64,000 nucleotides of DNA from the human T2T-CHM13v2.0 reference genome, Homo sapiens, in the NCBI RefSeq assembly GCF_009914755.1, contig NC_060926.1; one strand, given 5' to 3'. This document shows positions 43,332 through 59,754 of the stretch, piece by piece. The notes under the pieces are model-generated. The model was not told where the DNA came from. It worked only from the letters and a program-made list of their open reading frames with translations, and did no database searches. Within the stretch, counting starts at the first letter, position 1; each line of letters opens with the position of its first letter. Position numbers and translations under genes: made by a program.

Positions 43332-43939
43332 TAAAAGTTTGAACTCATTTTTTTCCTTGTCCTTGAGTACGCTTTTCAGTCTCGGTCTTTGCCTTCTTCC
43401 CTCTTATATCTACTGTCTTCACCCTTTTTCACAGCTTGAGTCATTCAATAAATGTTGAGTGTGCACCTACTACATGCCAATCCCTGTAGATACTGTGGAT
43501 ATGCTATGGAACAAGAAAGACAAGCTCCGTGCTCTCTTGAGTCTTCCTGAAGGGTCACATCTACTATATACATAGAAATGTAAAAAGAAATACATGCTTG
43601 TTATTTTAAAAAAGAATAAAATAGAAGTGTATAAAGTAGGATGTGAATGTTTCCCCTCAGTCACCCTAATCCCACTCCTCTGTAGTCTCTATAGTTAATG
43701 GCTTGGGGTGTAGACTTCGATGGTACCTTTGGCTAAACCAAATCTGCATGATGTGGAGGTCTCAGGTTGTGGCAGACCTGGCAAAAGTATTTCCAGATGG
43801 AAATTGGCACTGGTTGGGATGTAAAAACCAAGCCAGAGTATCCCCATTTTCATTCCCAGAAGTTCTCTTTTCGATAGGCTTGCCTGATTGTTGCCTGCTG
43901 ACCTTGGAAGTACTTGAGGCTTCCAAGATGTGTTCCTTG

Positions 43940-44170
43940 CAACCCTGGCTGGGATGCTGTTCTAAAAGATTCCATGGTCAAAGGAATTTGAGATACACTC
44001 TCTATTATAATTCCCTTCTTGGGGGCTCATTATGCATATCAAAGCATCAAAACTTTGAGAAGTCCTGCAGTCATAAATCTTGTTTATTCCCAACTTCCCT
44101 AAATGTATTTAATCATGTCTTCTATTTGTTCCATGGAACTCTCGTAACTCCTTGTTGATCCCGGGTTCTG
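43940..44170. mobile_element. MER103-like hAT fossil
   Basis: gattccatggtcaaa...tttgagaagtcctgcagt. Family assigned from memory. Confidence 0.5.
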
Positions 44171-45400
44171 TGGAACTGACTCAGGGAGCCCAGGAGCCTG
44201 TGCTAGCCCATCTGCATATGGTTATTGCACCAATAGCTCAAGGAGGTAAGCAAGCAAAGTGTTCCAGATCAGTGACTGACACAGTGTCCTGTGCAAATGT
44301 GCTGTGAATACAGCATTTCTCCAGGGCATTTTGTATCTTTCTAGGGTGAGGCGAAGGCCTCCGAGGATGTGAGCTTCCCCTGAAAAAATTCACAGCAGAT
44401 GACCAGTGATGCAGACCAACCTCGCCACCACTCATGCAAGAACATTCTATATTCATGACCTTTGCTTGTGAAACCCAGTGACCACTGTGGGCTCTAGGCT
44501 TATTTAGACATAAGCTTGGCTCGCACTCCAAATTCAATGCCTTCTAGAAATCCAAAGTACTCCTCAGAATTTCCACCATTTCCCTAGACACCATGCCCTC
44601 ATGTTATCTCTGACTTTAGCTCCTGTTCCTATGGGTGCTGTCCTGGTTCCACGCCTCCAGATGGTAAAAATGTCAGCCCTTGAGATTTCTGCAAAGGGAT
44701 CTCTTCACAGCAAGCATGTGGTGTATGGGAGGTTTGGAGCAGGAGTGGGCATGTGAAGAAGACAGAGGAGAGGTCTCGGCAGCCTATGGTATGGTAGGCA
44801 GCCCCATCTGTAGAGTCCCTGATCTTGGGGGCACCAGTGGCCTCCATCTCATCCAGTCCTGGCTTCCTTTGCACGTGTTGCTGCTCTCTTTCTGTCTCTT
44901 CCTTTCCTTCCCCTCTCTCCACTCTCCACCCCCTTTGCTGCAAAGACTCCTGACTCACGCAAGAGTTCAGCCCTATCTGCAGATCTCACCTTACTCAAAG
45001 GGGCTTATCAGGCCAGTGGTGAGGGAGTGTGGTCTGTACAACCACAGGAAGCGGGTTGGCCTGTTGGAGCATGAGCTCCTTTTTTGCTTTGTAGATCTTG
45101 GTATTTGTTCTTCTTGGATTTTCTAGTGCTTTCTGGAAACTCTGCTTTCTCAGGCTGTAGGAATGGGAATTCAGGGCATGTCCCAATGTGGGAGCAATGA
45201 AGGAAGCATAGACAGAGAGATATGTGATGTGTGTGAGAAAGGACAATTTTTAAAATTTTTAATGAGAACAAATTTCTTGGAAAAGATAATCTAAACAAAA
45301 GGAAAAAAAATCCAAGTTATAAGAAGAGTATACAGTGAAAAGCAAGCCTTCCTCCCCACTTTCAGTCCCTTAGTTCTTGTTCCTAAAATAGCCACTGTCA

Positions 45401-45835
<435 letters not shown>

Positions 45836-46109
45836 TTACTTTTGCCTTTTAAAAATTTAACAGCATATACCTTCACTATTTTACATGGAGCTACTTATAA
45901 ATATATGTTCATAAACACACACAACACACGTATATTTTATTTTTTTCCTTTTATTGGCACAAAAGTCAAACCTAGGTGATCCTTCTCATCAGCCATTGGA
46001 GAAGGCTTCTAGGGCATGGGATTTTCCAGTATGAGGTGGTATTCTGGGTGCCAGAGATTCCTGACGTCAGATTTAGTGACGATGAACACTAAGCATCGTT
46101 TCCAACTGC

Positions 46110-46530
46110 TCATAGCTGTGGCAGATTGTATCCTTGTTCCCAGTTCTCTTCTGTCCACTCTGTAACAGGATCTGTCTGTATCACCCCAGGCCGCGGGACC
46201 TGGAGCACCTTCCCATGGGAGGAGTGTATTCCCTTGCTTCCTTGGCTTTAGGCTTGGAAGAGGGTGGGAGTTGTACACGCCAAGTCCAAGTCAAAGCTCT
46301 AAAGACCATTGTGGACTTCTGCTTTGTGTCTTTGTCCATGACCATGAGGTTGGAGATAGGAGCTGGGCTGTTCCTTCAGCTTGGGTCTCAGACTAAGAAG
46401 ACATGGAATAAAGCCACAGTTGACCCACATCTTTGAATGATGTGTGTGAGAAATAAACCGTGCTTGCTGTAATCCCCTAAAATTCTGGAGTTGTTGGTTA
46501 CAGCAGCCTAACCTGGTGAAAGGTGACTCC
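46110..46530 (+). mobile_element. MLT1-type LTR fragment
   Basis: gtgtgagaaataaacc...ggagttgttggttacagcagcctaacct 3' signature. Confidence 0.55.
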
Positions 46531-46654
46531 TGCTAGGAGACAGTGTTGGCTGTGCTCAGTCACAAAGCACCAGACGGCTCTGAGGACCTGGTTCCTTGCT
46601 CGCAGTGTCCTCTGTTTGATCTGGATCAGCTGTCCGTTGATAAAGAAGCTGAGC

Positions 46655-46929
<275 letters not shown>

Positions 46930-47776
46930 GGGAACCTCAGGTTGTTATTACAGGAACCAAGATGTCCCACACTTAGGGACTTTTCTGTACTTTCTATATG
47001 ATGTGGAAGTGCCAATAGCTGGGGATTTTCAGGAAGTTATTTGGCAATGCAAAACAAGAGTTCTAAATAATTTTCACTTCTAGAAATCAGCTCAAGATAA
47101 TAATTAAAAATACACAGGGAGGTTCATGGTAGAGTTATTTGAAAAATTGGAAGCCACCTAAATGCCCCATTACAGGGCAACAGTGTATACACTATTCTAT
47201 GTGATGGACATTATGAAGCCATTAAAAATCAAGTTGCTGAATATTTAATGACATAAAGGAGATGTTGGTTTTTAATATTGAATGAAATAAACAGGACACA
47301 GAACTGCATATGTATAACAGTCCTAATTTGCAGAACAAATTTAGGATTGTGCCGTTTATAATTTTATATATTTTTTTCACTTACACTTGTGAATAAACAT
47401 TTCCCCTCAGTCGTCAAATAAGTAAATATGTATAAAAAGAAGACCAGGAAGGAAATAAGCAAAAATAGCGGTTATTTCTAGTAGAGAGCATTTCCTTTCC
47501 TGTACTTTCTATATTTTCTAAACATTCTACGATGAATGTGTACTACTTTTATAATAAAAAAAAGTGGCTGCTACTTAAAAATGAGAATTATTCCGGTCAC
47601 CTCTAGGGCTGTGCCTTTGTGCTGTGCTTACCCAGGGGCCTTAACTGGGGCTCCTCGTCTAAGAATAAGCCTGTGTGTTTAATTAGGTCACTCTCCTGCC
47701 GACCTAGAATCTCCGCACAGGGCTTAGCTTGTGCTGCCCAGAACCCCCCAGGAGCCGCCCTCCGAGGGAACTCTCA

Positions 47777-48215
<439 letters not shown>

Positions 48216-49012
48216 TTATTGAAGAGAAAATGAAGACGGGAACATTTTAACCATTTTGGATGATGATAATTCATTAATTCAATAATGAACAATAGCTGCG
48301 GTGCCAGGCAGCTACTGTTCATTGTTTCCTATGGCCTTCCCCGTATGTCCTGTGTCACATGCATTCAGGCTCTGGAGTGACTGGTGTGTGGACAGAGGGA
48401 GAGGGAGAGTTCTCAGAAGTCAAGCTGGTGTGACAGCTGGAAAAGCCGCCTGGGAAGGAGCTCATCCCAAGGGCAAAAGGAGCTTGGCACAACCAGCTTG
48501 ACCCAATAGAGAGGCCTTCAGTAGAGACTTCCTGGTCTGCTTCCCCACGTGCTGTTTCACTCACATCTTTATCCAGGTCTGGCCCTTGTGAGGGTGTGCA
48601 GTGTGCGGTGTGGGGTGCTGTGCGGTGTGGTGTGCATGTCTGAGTGTGAGTGAGTGAGAGTCCAGGGTCTAGTGTCCACGGGGGAAGCTGCAATGGAGTC
48701 AGGGAGCAGAATTGGGGACAGGTGGAGAAGGGGCAGCTGGGACTGGCAGCCTCATAGGGCAGAGTCTGTGAAAAAATAGTACAGCCCCATCCACTTTCAA
48801 AAATAGTCTTCTGTAACTGTTTTAGAATAACCCATGTGAACTGTTGGTGACACCTTGGACCTTGTCATCTCCCAGGCTGCTCCACATCTGAAACCTTACA
48901 TTTTATCATCTTTCATGGTTTTAAATTAGGGTAGGAGGTACATACAGTGATGTACATGAATTCCTATGCCCACTGCTGGGTCTGTAAGATTCACGCATGT
49001 TATTGTGGGTAG

Positions 49013-49591
<579 letters not shown>

Positions 49592-50255
49592 TGAAGTCAT
49601 TTCTTTCTTGGCTAAGACTCCTGCAAGGGTTGTCTTTCATAGGCTGTTCCCACGTCTGCACCCTCCTCTCCCTCCTGACTCCTGCCCTATCTCACCACTG
49701 ACATCTCATCGGCCAGCCAAGGCCTCCTCTGACCTATTGCCTAGTGTAGGGGGCACTGGGGCCTTCTCTCCTTCTGCCTTTCTGCAGCACAGTGCCTGCT
49801 CCAGGGGCTTGGGCCAGCCTTTCTCTTCCTCCTCTTCCGCTCCTCTGCCTGCTTCCTCTTGGTCTTCTCTGCTGGGTCCTCTCCTGTCTCCATCCTACCT
49901 GGTTGTTCCCGGGGCTCCGTTCTTGCCTCTCTTTCTGTCCCTCTCCAAGGGTCCTGGTGCTCGATCTTTAGCTGCCATAGATGCCGATGCAACATCTCTC
50001 ATCCTTGCTCCCTAGGTCCAAAAATCTAGGGGGTTTTCCAAACTCATTTGATGGAAAACCTTGATAGGCCTGGACAGGAGGTTATTTGCTGTCCCTATGT
50101 AGCCACTTCGTGTGAATGAATATTCATATGTTGGCTGCAGGAATGTCAATGTGTTTGACTATGGGCTGCTGCCCCAGATCCCAACAAGGGTGTGATCGTG
50201 CATATATAGAGGAAATTATGTTTTACCTTCTTACATCCAGAAAATATTAAATCTA

Positions 50256-50778
<523 letters not shown>

Positions 50779-53737
50779 TCAGCCCAGGCCTCCCCAGCTC
50801 ATGAATGGGGCCGTTCACCCTCCTGACAAGCCCCCTTCCTTCTGGCATCCCTGGGTGGGTGACCCCATACTCCTCTGGCTCCTTAGAATCTAAGCCTCTT
50901 CCCTCACCAAGATCCCCTACGGCTGATCAGTTCTCAAGTGTTGACTAACGTAGTGTAGTGGGTCTCTGGGCTGTCCTCCCTTCTCTATTTTCCATCAATT
51001 CAGGCTCTCAGTAGTGCCTTCCTGGGCTACTGCAGTGACTTCTCAGCAGCTCTGCTTTATCTGAGCTTCCAATGCCTCCTTGAGCTGACCCCAGGGGCAG
51101 CTTTAGAAACATGGTGGAGCACATCCTCATCCTGCTCAAGATGCTGCCTGGCTCCCCACCACCTACAAGATCAAGGTCAAGCTCTTTAGTGGAACACAGG
51201 AGCCTCCCAATCTGGCCTTGCTCCCTGCTCGCATCTCCCATGGGTCCCTGGGGACTGGTTGTGGGCGGGTCACACCCCTTCTCCCTTTCACACTCACTGT
51301 TGTTCTGCTAAGAATTCTTCTTGTGGGTCTGCCCAGGGGGCTCCTGTTCAGCTTTCAAAAGAGAGTGGGCATCACCTTCTCCTGGAACTGTCTTCACCCC
51401 GGACCCCTACAAAGGCCAGGTTTTTGGTGAAATACAACTCTCCTGTTGATGTCCTGCTTCTATATTTTACGCCCAAAGCCCCGTGACTGTAATGGGGCCA
51501 GGGAGATCGACCCTTCTTGCACAGGGGATTAGGTCACTCTCCCTCTTGCCACTTTCCACATATGGTCTGTCACCTACAAGATAAAGTCCCTGGAGAGCCA
51601 CTGCAGCATGCCCCAGCTCACCCCTCATGCCCTTCTGCTGCCTTCCCAGTCACGTGTGCCCCCCTCCGGCCAGGCCTGTCTGCTTGCGATTCCTGCCCAC
51701 TGGCCAGTCTGTCGCTCAGCACCATTCGTGGACACCCTTGCATGAGTGCGGCTCCACCTGCCCTTGCCTGGTGGCTTATCCTTCAAGACTTCCTTCTCCG
51801 GAAAGCACTCCCTGATCCCCCTGGGTGCTCAAGGACATGGGCTCATCTTTTCACTGTTTCCTAGTAACATGTGTTTTCTGTCTCCTCCTGTACTGTGAAC
51901 TCACTAAAGGACAAGTGACACATCTTACTCATAGTTTTGAACCCAGCTTCCAGCGTGGGCGTGGCGGAGGCAGATGCGTAATCAATGCATGTTGTCTGAC
52001 TAGGATGGTTTATGAATAGGAGCTGCCTGGAATGCGCAGATCTCAGACTCCCACCAGCTTCCCCTTGCCTCTGAACTCTGCCCTGGCCCCTCCTCATCCC
52101 TTCCACATCCTGCTGTGTAGATACTCGTCCCTTCCGACTCTGAAGGTTGCAGGGAGGGGGCCCGTGGCTCTCTGTGGGAGAGGTGCCCCAGCTTTGGCTC
52201 TCGGCCTCCCCTGGCTGAACCTCAGTGGGAGCTGAGCAGGTTTGCCGTGGCCTTGGATGCCCTTCCTTCTGCCCCAGATCTTGCTTCGGTGCTCTCCTGC
52301 AAATCCCTGCCCTCTGCTGCTGGACTAGAGGCCTCCAGCACCCTCCCTGACATGTTCCTCCAGGAGAGGACACAGCTGTCTCCTGAGACTCCGGTGCCCT
52401 CCACCTCCGCGATCCTCAGATGCTTCCCTGGGGAGACACGACCTGTCAGGACTGCACAGCTGCTGAGATGAGGGACCCCTTGCTGTTCCAATTTAGGAGT
52501 AAATAAGGCTTCGCCCCCTCAGGGGTTAAAGAGGAGTCCCAAGAGCCTTGCACTGATGGCACTTTGGGGGAACTCTTGGCTCCTGGTCTCCCCTGCCTTC
52601 TCTGGGCTGTGTAATGACATTCTTGTCCCCACCTCTCTTCCACCTTTCCCTGAAACTGCAGGCTCCAAGGGCTCCAGCCCAAGCTTGGGGTCAGTGTCTG
52701 GCATGCCCTCTGCCCGGCCCTGGTCCCAGCATGCCCACCCAGGTCACACAGGCGCACCCCGTTACCCACCCACCCACCCACGCTCACACATGCATGCAGG
52801 CCATCATACAAGCTGACAGCCACACTCATGCACATGTGTGCACCTGCTCACGTGTGCACATATATCCACACTCACACATCCCCCACTCACAGATGGACTT
52901 ACACACGCACCACAAACTCTTAGCAATGTCCATTGTTTTGATGGAAGGAGAGACAGGTTTTTGGAAATTTCCTAATCTCTTACCCCAAATCTCTCCCTCC
53001 ATGACCCTGAGCCCCAAAAAGTGGCCAGCATTTGCCCTGGGTAAGGTAGAATTGAATCTGGACAATGGTGCCCCATGTCCCTGACTCATTCTCTGACCCC
53101 AGCCAGTAGAGACCACCCTTTGGTCACAGACTGGTCGGAGTCCCTCCCCAGCCAGCCTAGAACATGCCTTTTAGCAGTGTGGCCACATCAGAGGGGAGCA
53201 GACACCTGGGGACCATAGCATGGTTCAACGGCCATTGCCCTCAGGGCAGGTCCCATCCTTTGCTGTCCCGTGTGGTTCGTTTTCTTTCTGCCTCCCAGCA
53301 CTGGGCTCCTTGCTGGCTATGTGAAATTCCTTTCTCTTCTAGACTAACTAATAAAAATCCTGCATTTTCTTTAATACCTCATCCAAGACTCTCCTCTGTT
53401 AAAAAGACTCCCTGGTGTACTGGTTAGGTCCCCCGCTCAATCCCTCTGTACCAGCTGCACCTGTGCAAGGAAGGCCCTGTCTGGAAGGAGGTTTCTGGTC
53501 ACCTCAAGATGGTTTCTCCAAGCTCAGGAGAATGGAAGTTGCCCCATCCCCAGGCCACAGGTTCTGCACTGCTAAAGCTGTGGTGGATGCACTGTGGGGA
53601 TCTGGAATTTTGCCTCTTACAGAAGGTGAGGGGAGACAGCCACGCCCTGCACTTGGTCCCTGCCCCACCATGCACCCCGGTTCTGGTGACCTCTTTGAGT
53701 GCAGGCAGTAGTGAACAGAGCCTGCTTGGCCTTGACA

Positions 53738-54029
53738 CTTTTTTTTTTCAAGAGAATGGGTCTCGCTCTGTTGCCCTGACTGGAGTGCAGTGGTGAGACC
53801 ATGGCTCACTGCAGCCTCCACCTCCTAGGCACAAGAGATCCTCCCCACTCAGCCTCCTGAGTAGCTGAGACTGCAGATGTGTGCCACCATGGCTAATTTT
53901 TTGAAATTTTTAAAGAGATAGGTCTTATTATGTTGCCCAGGCTGGTCTTGAGATTCTGGCCTCTAGTGATTCTCCTGCCTTGGCCTCCTGACTCACTGGG
54001 GATTATAGACGTGAGTCACCGTGCCCGGC
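53738..54029 (-). mobile_element. AluJ
   Basis: TSD acacttttt. Confidence 0.87.
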
Positions 54030-54227
54030 AACACTTTTTAAATGGATACAGTCTAGGTAGAAGAATCAAGAGGAATGCTGGCTGGGTTGGTCCTGTTTCC
54101 ACCTCCCTGTAATAAAGGAGAGCTGCCAAACTGGGGGCTCAGAAGAAGGTGGGAGGAAGAGGGGAAGAACTCCAGGATAGCAATAAGGAGGCTGGAAAAG
54201 GGGTCTTGGAACATAGACCTTCTTTTT

Positions 54228-55857
54228 TTTTTTTTTTTTTTTTTAGCTTTACACATTTTTTAACTTTACTCCAAAAGTGATATATTTTTATAAAAGTAAT
54301 TTGTGCTTAATACAAAAAGATTAGAAAATAAAATGTGAAAGACAAATATATAAAAATCATCCATAATCCAATCACTGGAAATAAACATTTTGTTGTACAT
54401 TCTTTAATATCATGTACTATATACATAATCACTATTTATTTGAAAAGTAAAAATAAACCTTTAATTTCTGGTGTGGAGGGCATTAGGTACTCTGAGAGAC
54501 TCCTCCAAGGTAGAACAGCTAGACTGTAGACAGAACAAAGCAAAACTCATGAGCTGATTACAGAGTTAGTAGTAATGATATTTGGCTACACAGGGGCATG
54601 CAGATTGCCCTGCAGTTAGATTTTTTTTTTTAAATAACACTATAACAGGAAAACTGAGTCTTAAACTAGCATCAAAGTGTTAGTGTTTTAACTGTAACTC
54701 ATTAAGCCAGGACATCAAGGATGGCTGAAGTTGTTATAAGTTCAGAAAGAAATCAAAGATTTCAGCAGAAGTAGACAAAAATCAACTCTACAAAAACAGT
54801 GATCTAATTTAAGCCATATAATTTGCACAGATGAAGGTCAAGCACCAAACTCACAATCAAGGACAATCCCAACATGTTAAAAAGGCAAGTCAGCATTTTT
54901 TTATGTTTTTTTTTTGCATCTTTTTTTTAAATTTTATTTTTTATTATTATACTTTAAGTTTTAGGGTACATGTGCACAACGTGCAGGTTTGTTACATATG
55001 TATACATGTGCCATGTTGGTGTGCTGTACCCATTAACTCATCATTTACATTAGGTATATCTCCTAATGCTATCCCTCCCCCCTCCCCCCACCCCACAACA
55101 GGCCCCGGTGTGTGATGTTCCCCTTCCTGTGTCCATGTGTTCTCATTGTTCAGTTCCCACCTATGAGTGAGAACATGCAGTGTTCGGTTTTTTGTCCTTG
55201 TGATAGTTTGCTGAGAATGATGGTTTCCAGCTTCATCCATGTCCCTACAAAGGACATGAACTCATCACTTTTTATGGCTGCATAGTATTCCATGGTGTAT
55301 ATGTGCCACATTTTCTTAATCCAGTCTATAATTGTTGGACATTTGGGTTGGTTCCAAGTCTTTGCTATTGTGAATAGTGCCACAATAAACATATGTGTGC
55401 ATGTGTCTTTATAGCAGCATGATTTATAATCCTTTGGGTATATACCCAGTAATGGGATGGCTGGGTCAAATGGTATTTCTAGTTCTAGATCCCTGAGGAA
55501 TCGCCACACCGACTTCCACAATGGTTGAACTAGTTTACAGTCCCACCAACAGTGTAAAAGTGTTCCTATTTCTCCACATCCTCTCCAGCACCTGTTGTTA
55601 CCTGACTTTTTAATGATCGCCATTCTAACTGGTGTGAGATGGCATCTCATTGCGGTTTTGATTTGCATTTCTCTGATGGCCAGTGATGATGAGCATTTTT
55701 TCATGTGTTTTTTGGCTGCATAAATGTCTTCTTTTGAGAAGTGTCTGTTCATATCCTTCGCCCACTTTTTGATGGGGTTGTTTGTTTTTTTCTTGTAAAT
55801 TTATTTGAGTTCATTGTAGATTCTGGATATTAGCCCTTTGTCAGATGAGTAGGTTGC
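54228..55857 (-). mobile_element. 5'-truncated L1PA (~PA3-5) insertion with 3' transduction (L1 ~54900-55857, transduced DNA ~54245-54895)
   Basis: 18-bp TSD aacatagaccttcttttt (54210-54227, 55858-55875), two poly(A) tracts, TT|AAAAA endonuclease site on the minus strand. Confidence 0.88.
55150..55752 (-). pseudogene. L1 ORF2p C-terminal (cysteine-rich) fragment, open to the native stop but promoterless
   Basis: [13 protein letters not shown]...[18 protein letters not shown]...FSLIGGN*. Confidence 0.92.
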
Positions 55858-55875
55858 AACATAGACCTTCTTTTT

Positions 55876-56460
55876 AAGAAATTTTGAAATTTGGAAGTAA
55901 CTTCAAGTTTATGAAAAGTTTAAAAGTAAAAAATAGTACACAGACTGTCCTTACAGGCTTTACCAAGATGTACCTGTTGCTAACATTGTACTCTGTTTGC
56001 TTTGTTGTTTGTCCCCTGCTCTATATGAACACACATGGGTATGTATGTATGTATGTGTATGTATGTATATGTGTGTATGTATGCATGTATGTGTCCATCT
56101 GTCTGTATGTATGTGTATACACACAATTATTTTTCCTGAACCACTTGAAGGTAATTTACACTTATCATGAGCTTTATCCTAAATTCTTTAGTGAGTATTT
56201 CCCAGGAATAGGGATATTTTCTTACATTACCACAATATAGTCATCAAGTTCACAGGTTTACATTGAGACAGAACTTTCATCTAACCCACCACCCACACTG
56301 CAATCTTATTTGTTGACCCCATCATGTCCTTGGCACTATATGTGCCTGCAGTACAGGATTCTGCGTAGGCTTGAATATTGCGTTCATTCACCGTGGCTCT
56401 TTAGCCTCCTGTAATCTGGAACATTTCCTCCACCTTTCTTTGTCTTTAACGACATTGAAA
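55876..56460 (-). mobile_element. Old L1MC-type 3' end with a (TATG)n-like repeat at ~56040-56120
   Basis: aatagtaca and ttcccaggaatagggatattttcttacattaccacaata motifs. Confidence 0.65.
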
Positions 56461-56494
56461 AGTCAAGGGACTTTTGTGATGGGCCATGGGCAGA

Positions 56495-56715
56495 GGCGGT
56501 TTTGCCTACCGATTAAGAATACGGATGCTGGCACCCAGCTGCCTGGGCTCAGTCCCACTCTGCCATTTATCAGCCTGGTAAGTGTGGGAGAGTTGCTTAA
56601 CCCTTCTGTGCCTCAGTTTGATCATTCATGAATCCAGTGAACAGTTAGCCTGTCTCGTGGGGCTGTTAGGAGGCTTGGCACACAGTAAAAATGGGCAACC
56701 ATTTGCTTATTGTTA
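56495..56715 (+). mobile_element. MIR
   Basis: agttgcttaacccttctgtgcctcagttt core. Confidence 0.72.
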
Positions 56716-57596
56716 TGGTGGCAAGTCTTTTCTTGAAGGGGCTCCCAGTGCATCAAGCCTCACAGGGGTGCCTTAGCATTGGCTCAGGAATCAGGACCAA
56801 GCGGGGCCTGTGGCAGCCTGCAGTCCTCCCTGACTGTACATGCGGTTAGCCTAAGGACTCTGTGGTCTGGACAAGCAGCCATATCCTAAGACGGTAGCAG
56901 AGACCATGCCAGCCAAAGACTCAACAGGGATGTGGCTACCTTAACAGACAGCAATGTGAGGACCTGGGACCCTCCAGGAAGTGAAGCCCTTCCCAATTAC
57001 CAGTGTGGCTGCGGATAAGTCCCACACTGTCGAGTTGACCCCAGAAGAGGTACCTGGAGAAGGGACCCGAGAAACCACTGAAGTGATTCATCGTACCTGA
57101 ACGTTGCTGGATGGCTTCACCACCCTCAGGTGCAAAGAGCCTTCAAGATAGAGCCTAAGTTCAGCTATAGGAAAGGCAGGTTTTGTACAGCTGCCATGAT
57201 GCCTCCCAGTGGAAGGGCTGAGCAACCCCTAGAGACTTCTCCTAACCAGGTATTACTCCTCCTTCTCTTTTCTGACCTAGAAAGGAGCCAGGCAATGTGG
57301 AAAGGGGGCTTAAAGGGCTCCCATGAGATGAGCAGAGCGCATGGAATAATGAGTGGAAGCGACTCCAGAGAGCCTCCTGATTTCTGAAGCTCAGTTCTCC
57401 CCTGACACCTTCCGTGAAGGCTGCTGTATATAGCCTGCTAACCATCAGCCCGTCTATCCACGAATCTACCCATCCAACTGTCTGTCCATTCACTCATTCA
57501 TGCATCCACCCATCTCTCCATCCATCCTCCATTCCTCCATCCGATGAGGAAACACATATCCTACAGCCTCCATATCCTTGCCTCACCATCTTAATA

Positions 57597-57905
57597 CAGT
57601 CATGTGGGGCTTGACCACAGGGATCTGTTCTGAAAAACGTGTCATTAGTCAATTTCACCATTGTGTGATGTCATAGAGTGCACTTACACAAACCTAGATG
57701 GTACAGCCTACTACACACCTCGGCTGCAGGGTACAGCCTATTTCTCCTAGCCAGCATCACCACAAACATGTGAGTGATGCTTTGCATTATGATGGCGATG
57801 AGGTCACTAAGCCATAGGAGTTGTTGAGCTCCTTATCACCTTATGGGACTCAGTGGCATACGCAGTCCACTGTTGGGCGGAACATCGTTCCGCAGCACAC
57901 AACTG
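57597..57905. mobile_element. Tigger3/MER7 (Golem) DNA transposon
   Basis: cagtcatgtg..., acttacacaaacctagatggtacagcctactacacacct, ...cacaactg. Confidence 0.82.
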
Positions 57906-58067
57906 TGCTTGCTCACCTGGCTTTGTCAAGGAAGGAGCTCTTCCATGGATATGTTTTTCTGTTGTTGTTCCAGATAACTTTTATCCTTTTAAGAGTGCCA
58001 CCTTCATTTAGTTTAGTTTAGCCATTTTAGAGAGAAAGTGCTGAAACCGACTGTAAACTTGTCTGTC

Positions 58068-58665
<598 letters not shown>

Positions 58666-58788
58666 TTGACAGGATCTCACTCTGTTGCCCAGCCTGGAGT
58701 GCAGCAATCTCGGCTCATTGCAACCTCCAACCCCTGGGTTCAAGCAATTCTCCTGCCTCAGCCTCCCGAGAAGCTGCCAAGAGGCTAA

Positions 58789-58977
<189 letters not shown>

Positions 58978-59680
58978 TAAAAGAGGGCCTGGCACTTCAG
59001 TTAAGTCTTTCTGGATGATCCAGGTCACCGCTCCAAATGGAAGTCACATGCTTGGTTGTGGAGCCAGTGGTATGGGCCCTCAGGGAGTATTTAGAACTCT
59101 ACACTAAATGGCCCCAGTGGTTCTGCTTTTTGACACTTCCTTTTGTACTTTCTGCCACCCCCCCATTCTGAGATCCCAGTTATCTTCCCAATTCTTATAG
59201 CCCTTGGCATGCTTCTAGCAATGTCTTCTCTAAATGGCCTTGAGCTGGGAAATTTGATAACCAAATGTGTCAGAATTGTGCATAAAGCAAGAGTACTGAG
59301 TTATTTCTTTTATCATGAGTACAGTACGGAGCCTCCTGACTTTGTATCCCGTCATTTGCCTCATTCTGGGTTCTCCGCTACTCTCCAGGCCGCAGAGGTC
59401 CATGGATGCATAAGCCCTAGGAATGAGGAGGGTGCAGTGGACATGAATTGCTCTTCCTAGATCCTTGCTGCTTTTGCTCTAGAGAAAAGGATGGGATACC
59501 AGAGCCTGTCCTGGCTGACTCCTCCCTCAAAGGGGCTCGGGGGAGATGGGAGCACAGGGTGGGGCCAGCTGGGTCAGTGGTGCCTGAAGCTTCTGAGGGA
59601 GAGGAGAGTGGCTGGGCCCCACTGATAGTGTGCAGGAGGCTGAGGAAGGGACACTTGCCTCCTCCTCACTCTGGGTGACG

Positions 59681-59754
59681 ATGGCCAGTGTAGACTGGAG
59701 AGAGCCGGAGGGACTGGTCTCCCCTCAAGGCCCGAAGCAGGACTGGCACCAGCG
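59681..59754 (+). CDS. NT5DC4: Candidate first coding exon of NT5DC4 (MASVDWREPEGLVSPQGPKQDWHQR)
   Basis: Strong Kozak gacgATGG. Donor CG|gtgaga is phase-compatible with the 60419 acceptor. KQDWHQR|IFVNRS parallels NT5C2 REAYHR|VFVNRS. Confidence 0.7.

Noticed and set aside
44629-45126. Non-Alu ORFs of 109 and 148 aa
   Set aside because: No recognisable domain or exon structure; lengths are expected by chance in GC-rich DNA
55150-55752. 200-aa open ORF as a domesticated gene or active L1
   Set aside because: It is only the ORF2 C-terminus of a ~0.95-kb 5'-truncated L1 with no promoter, EN or RT domain; openness reflects its youth
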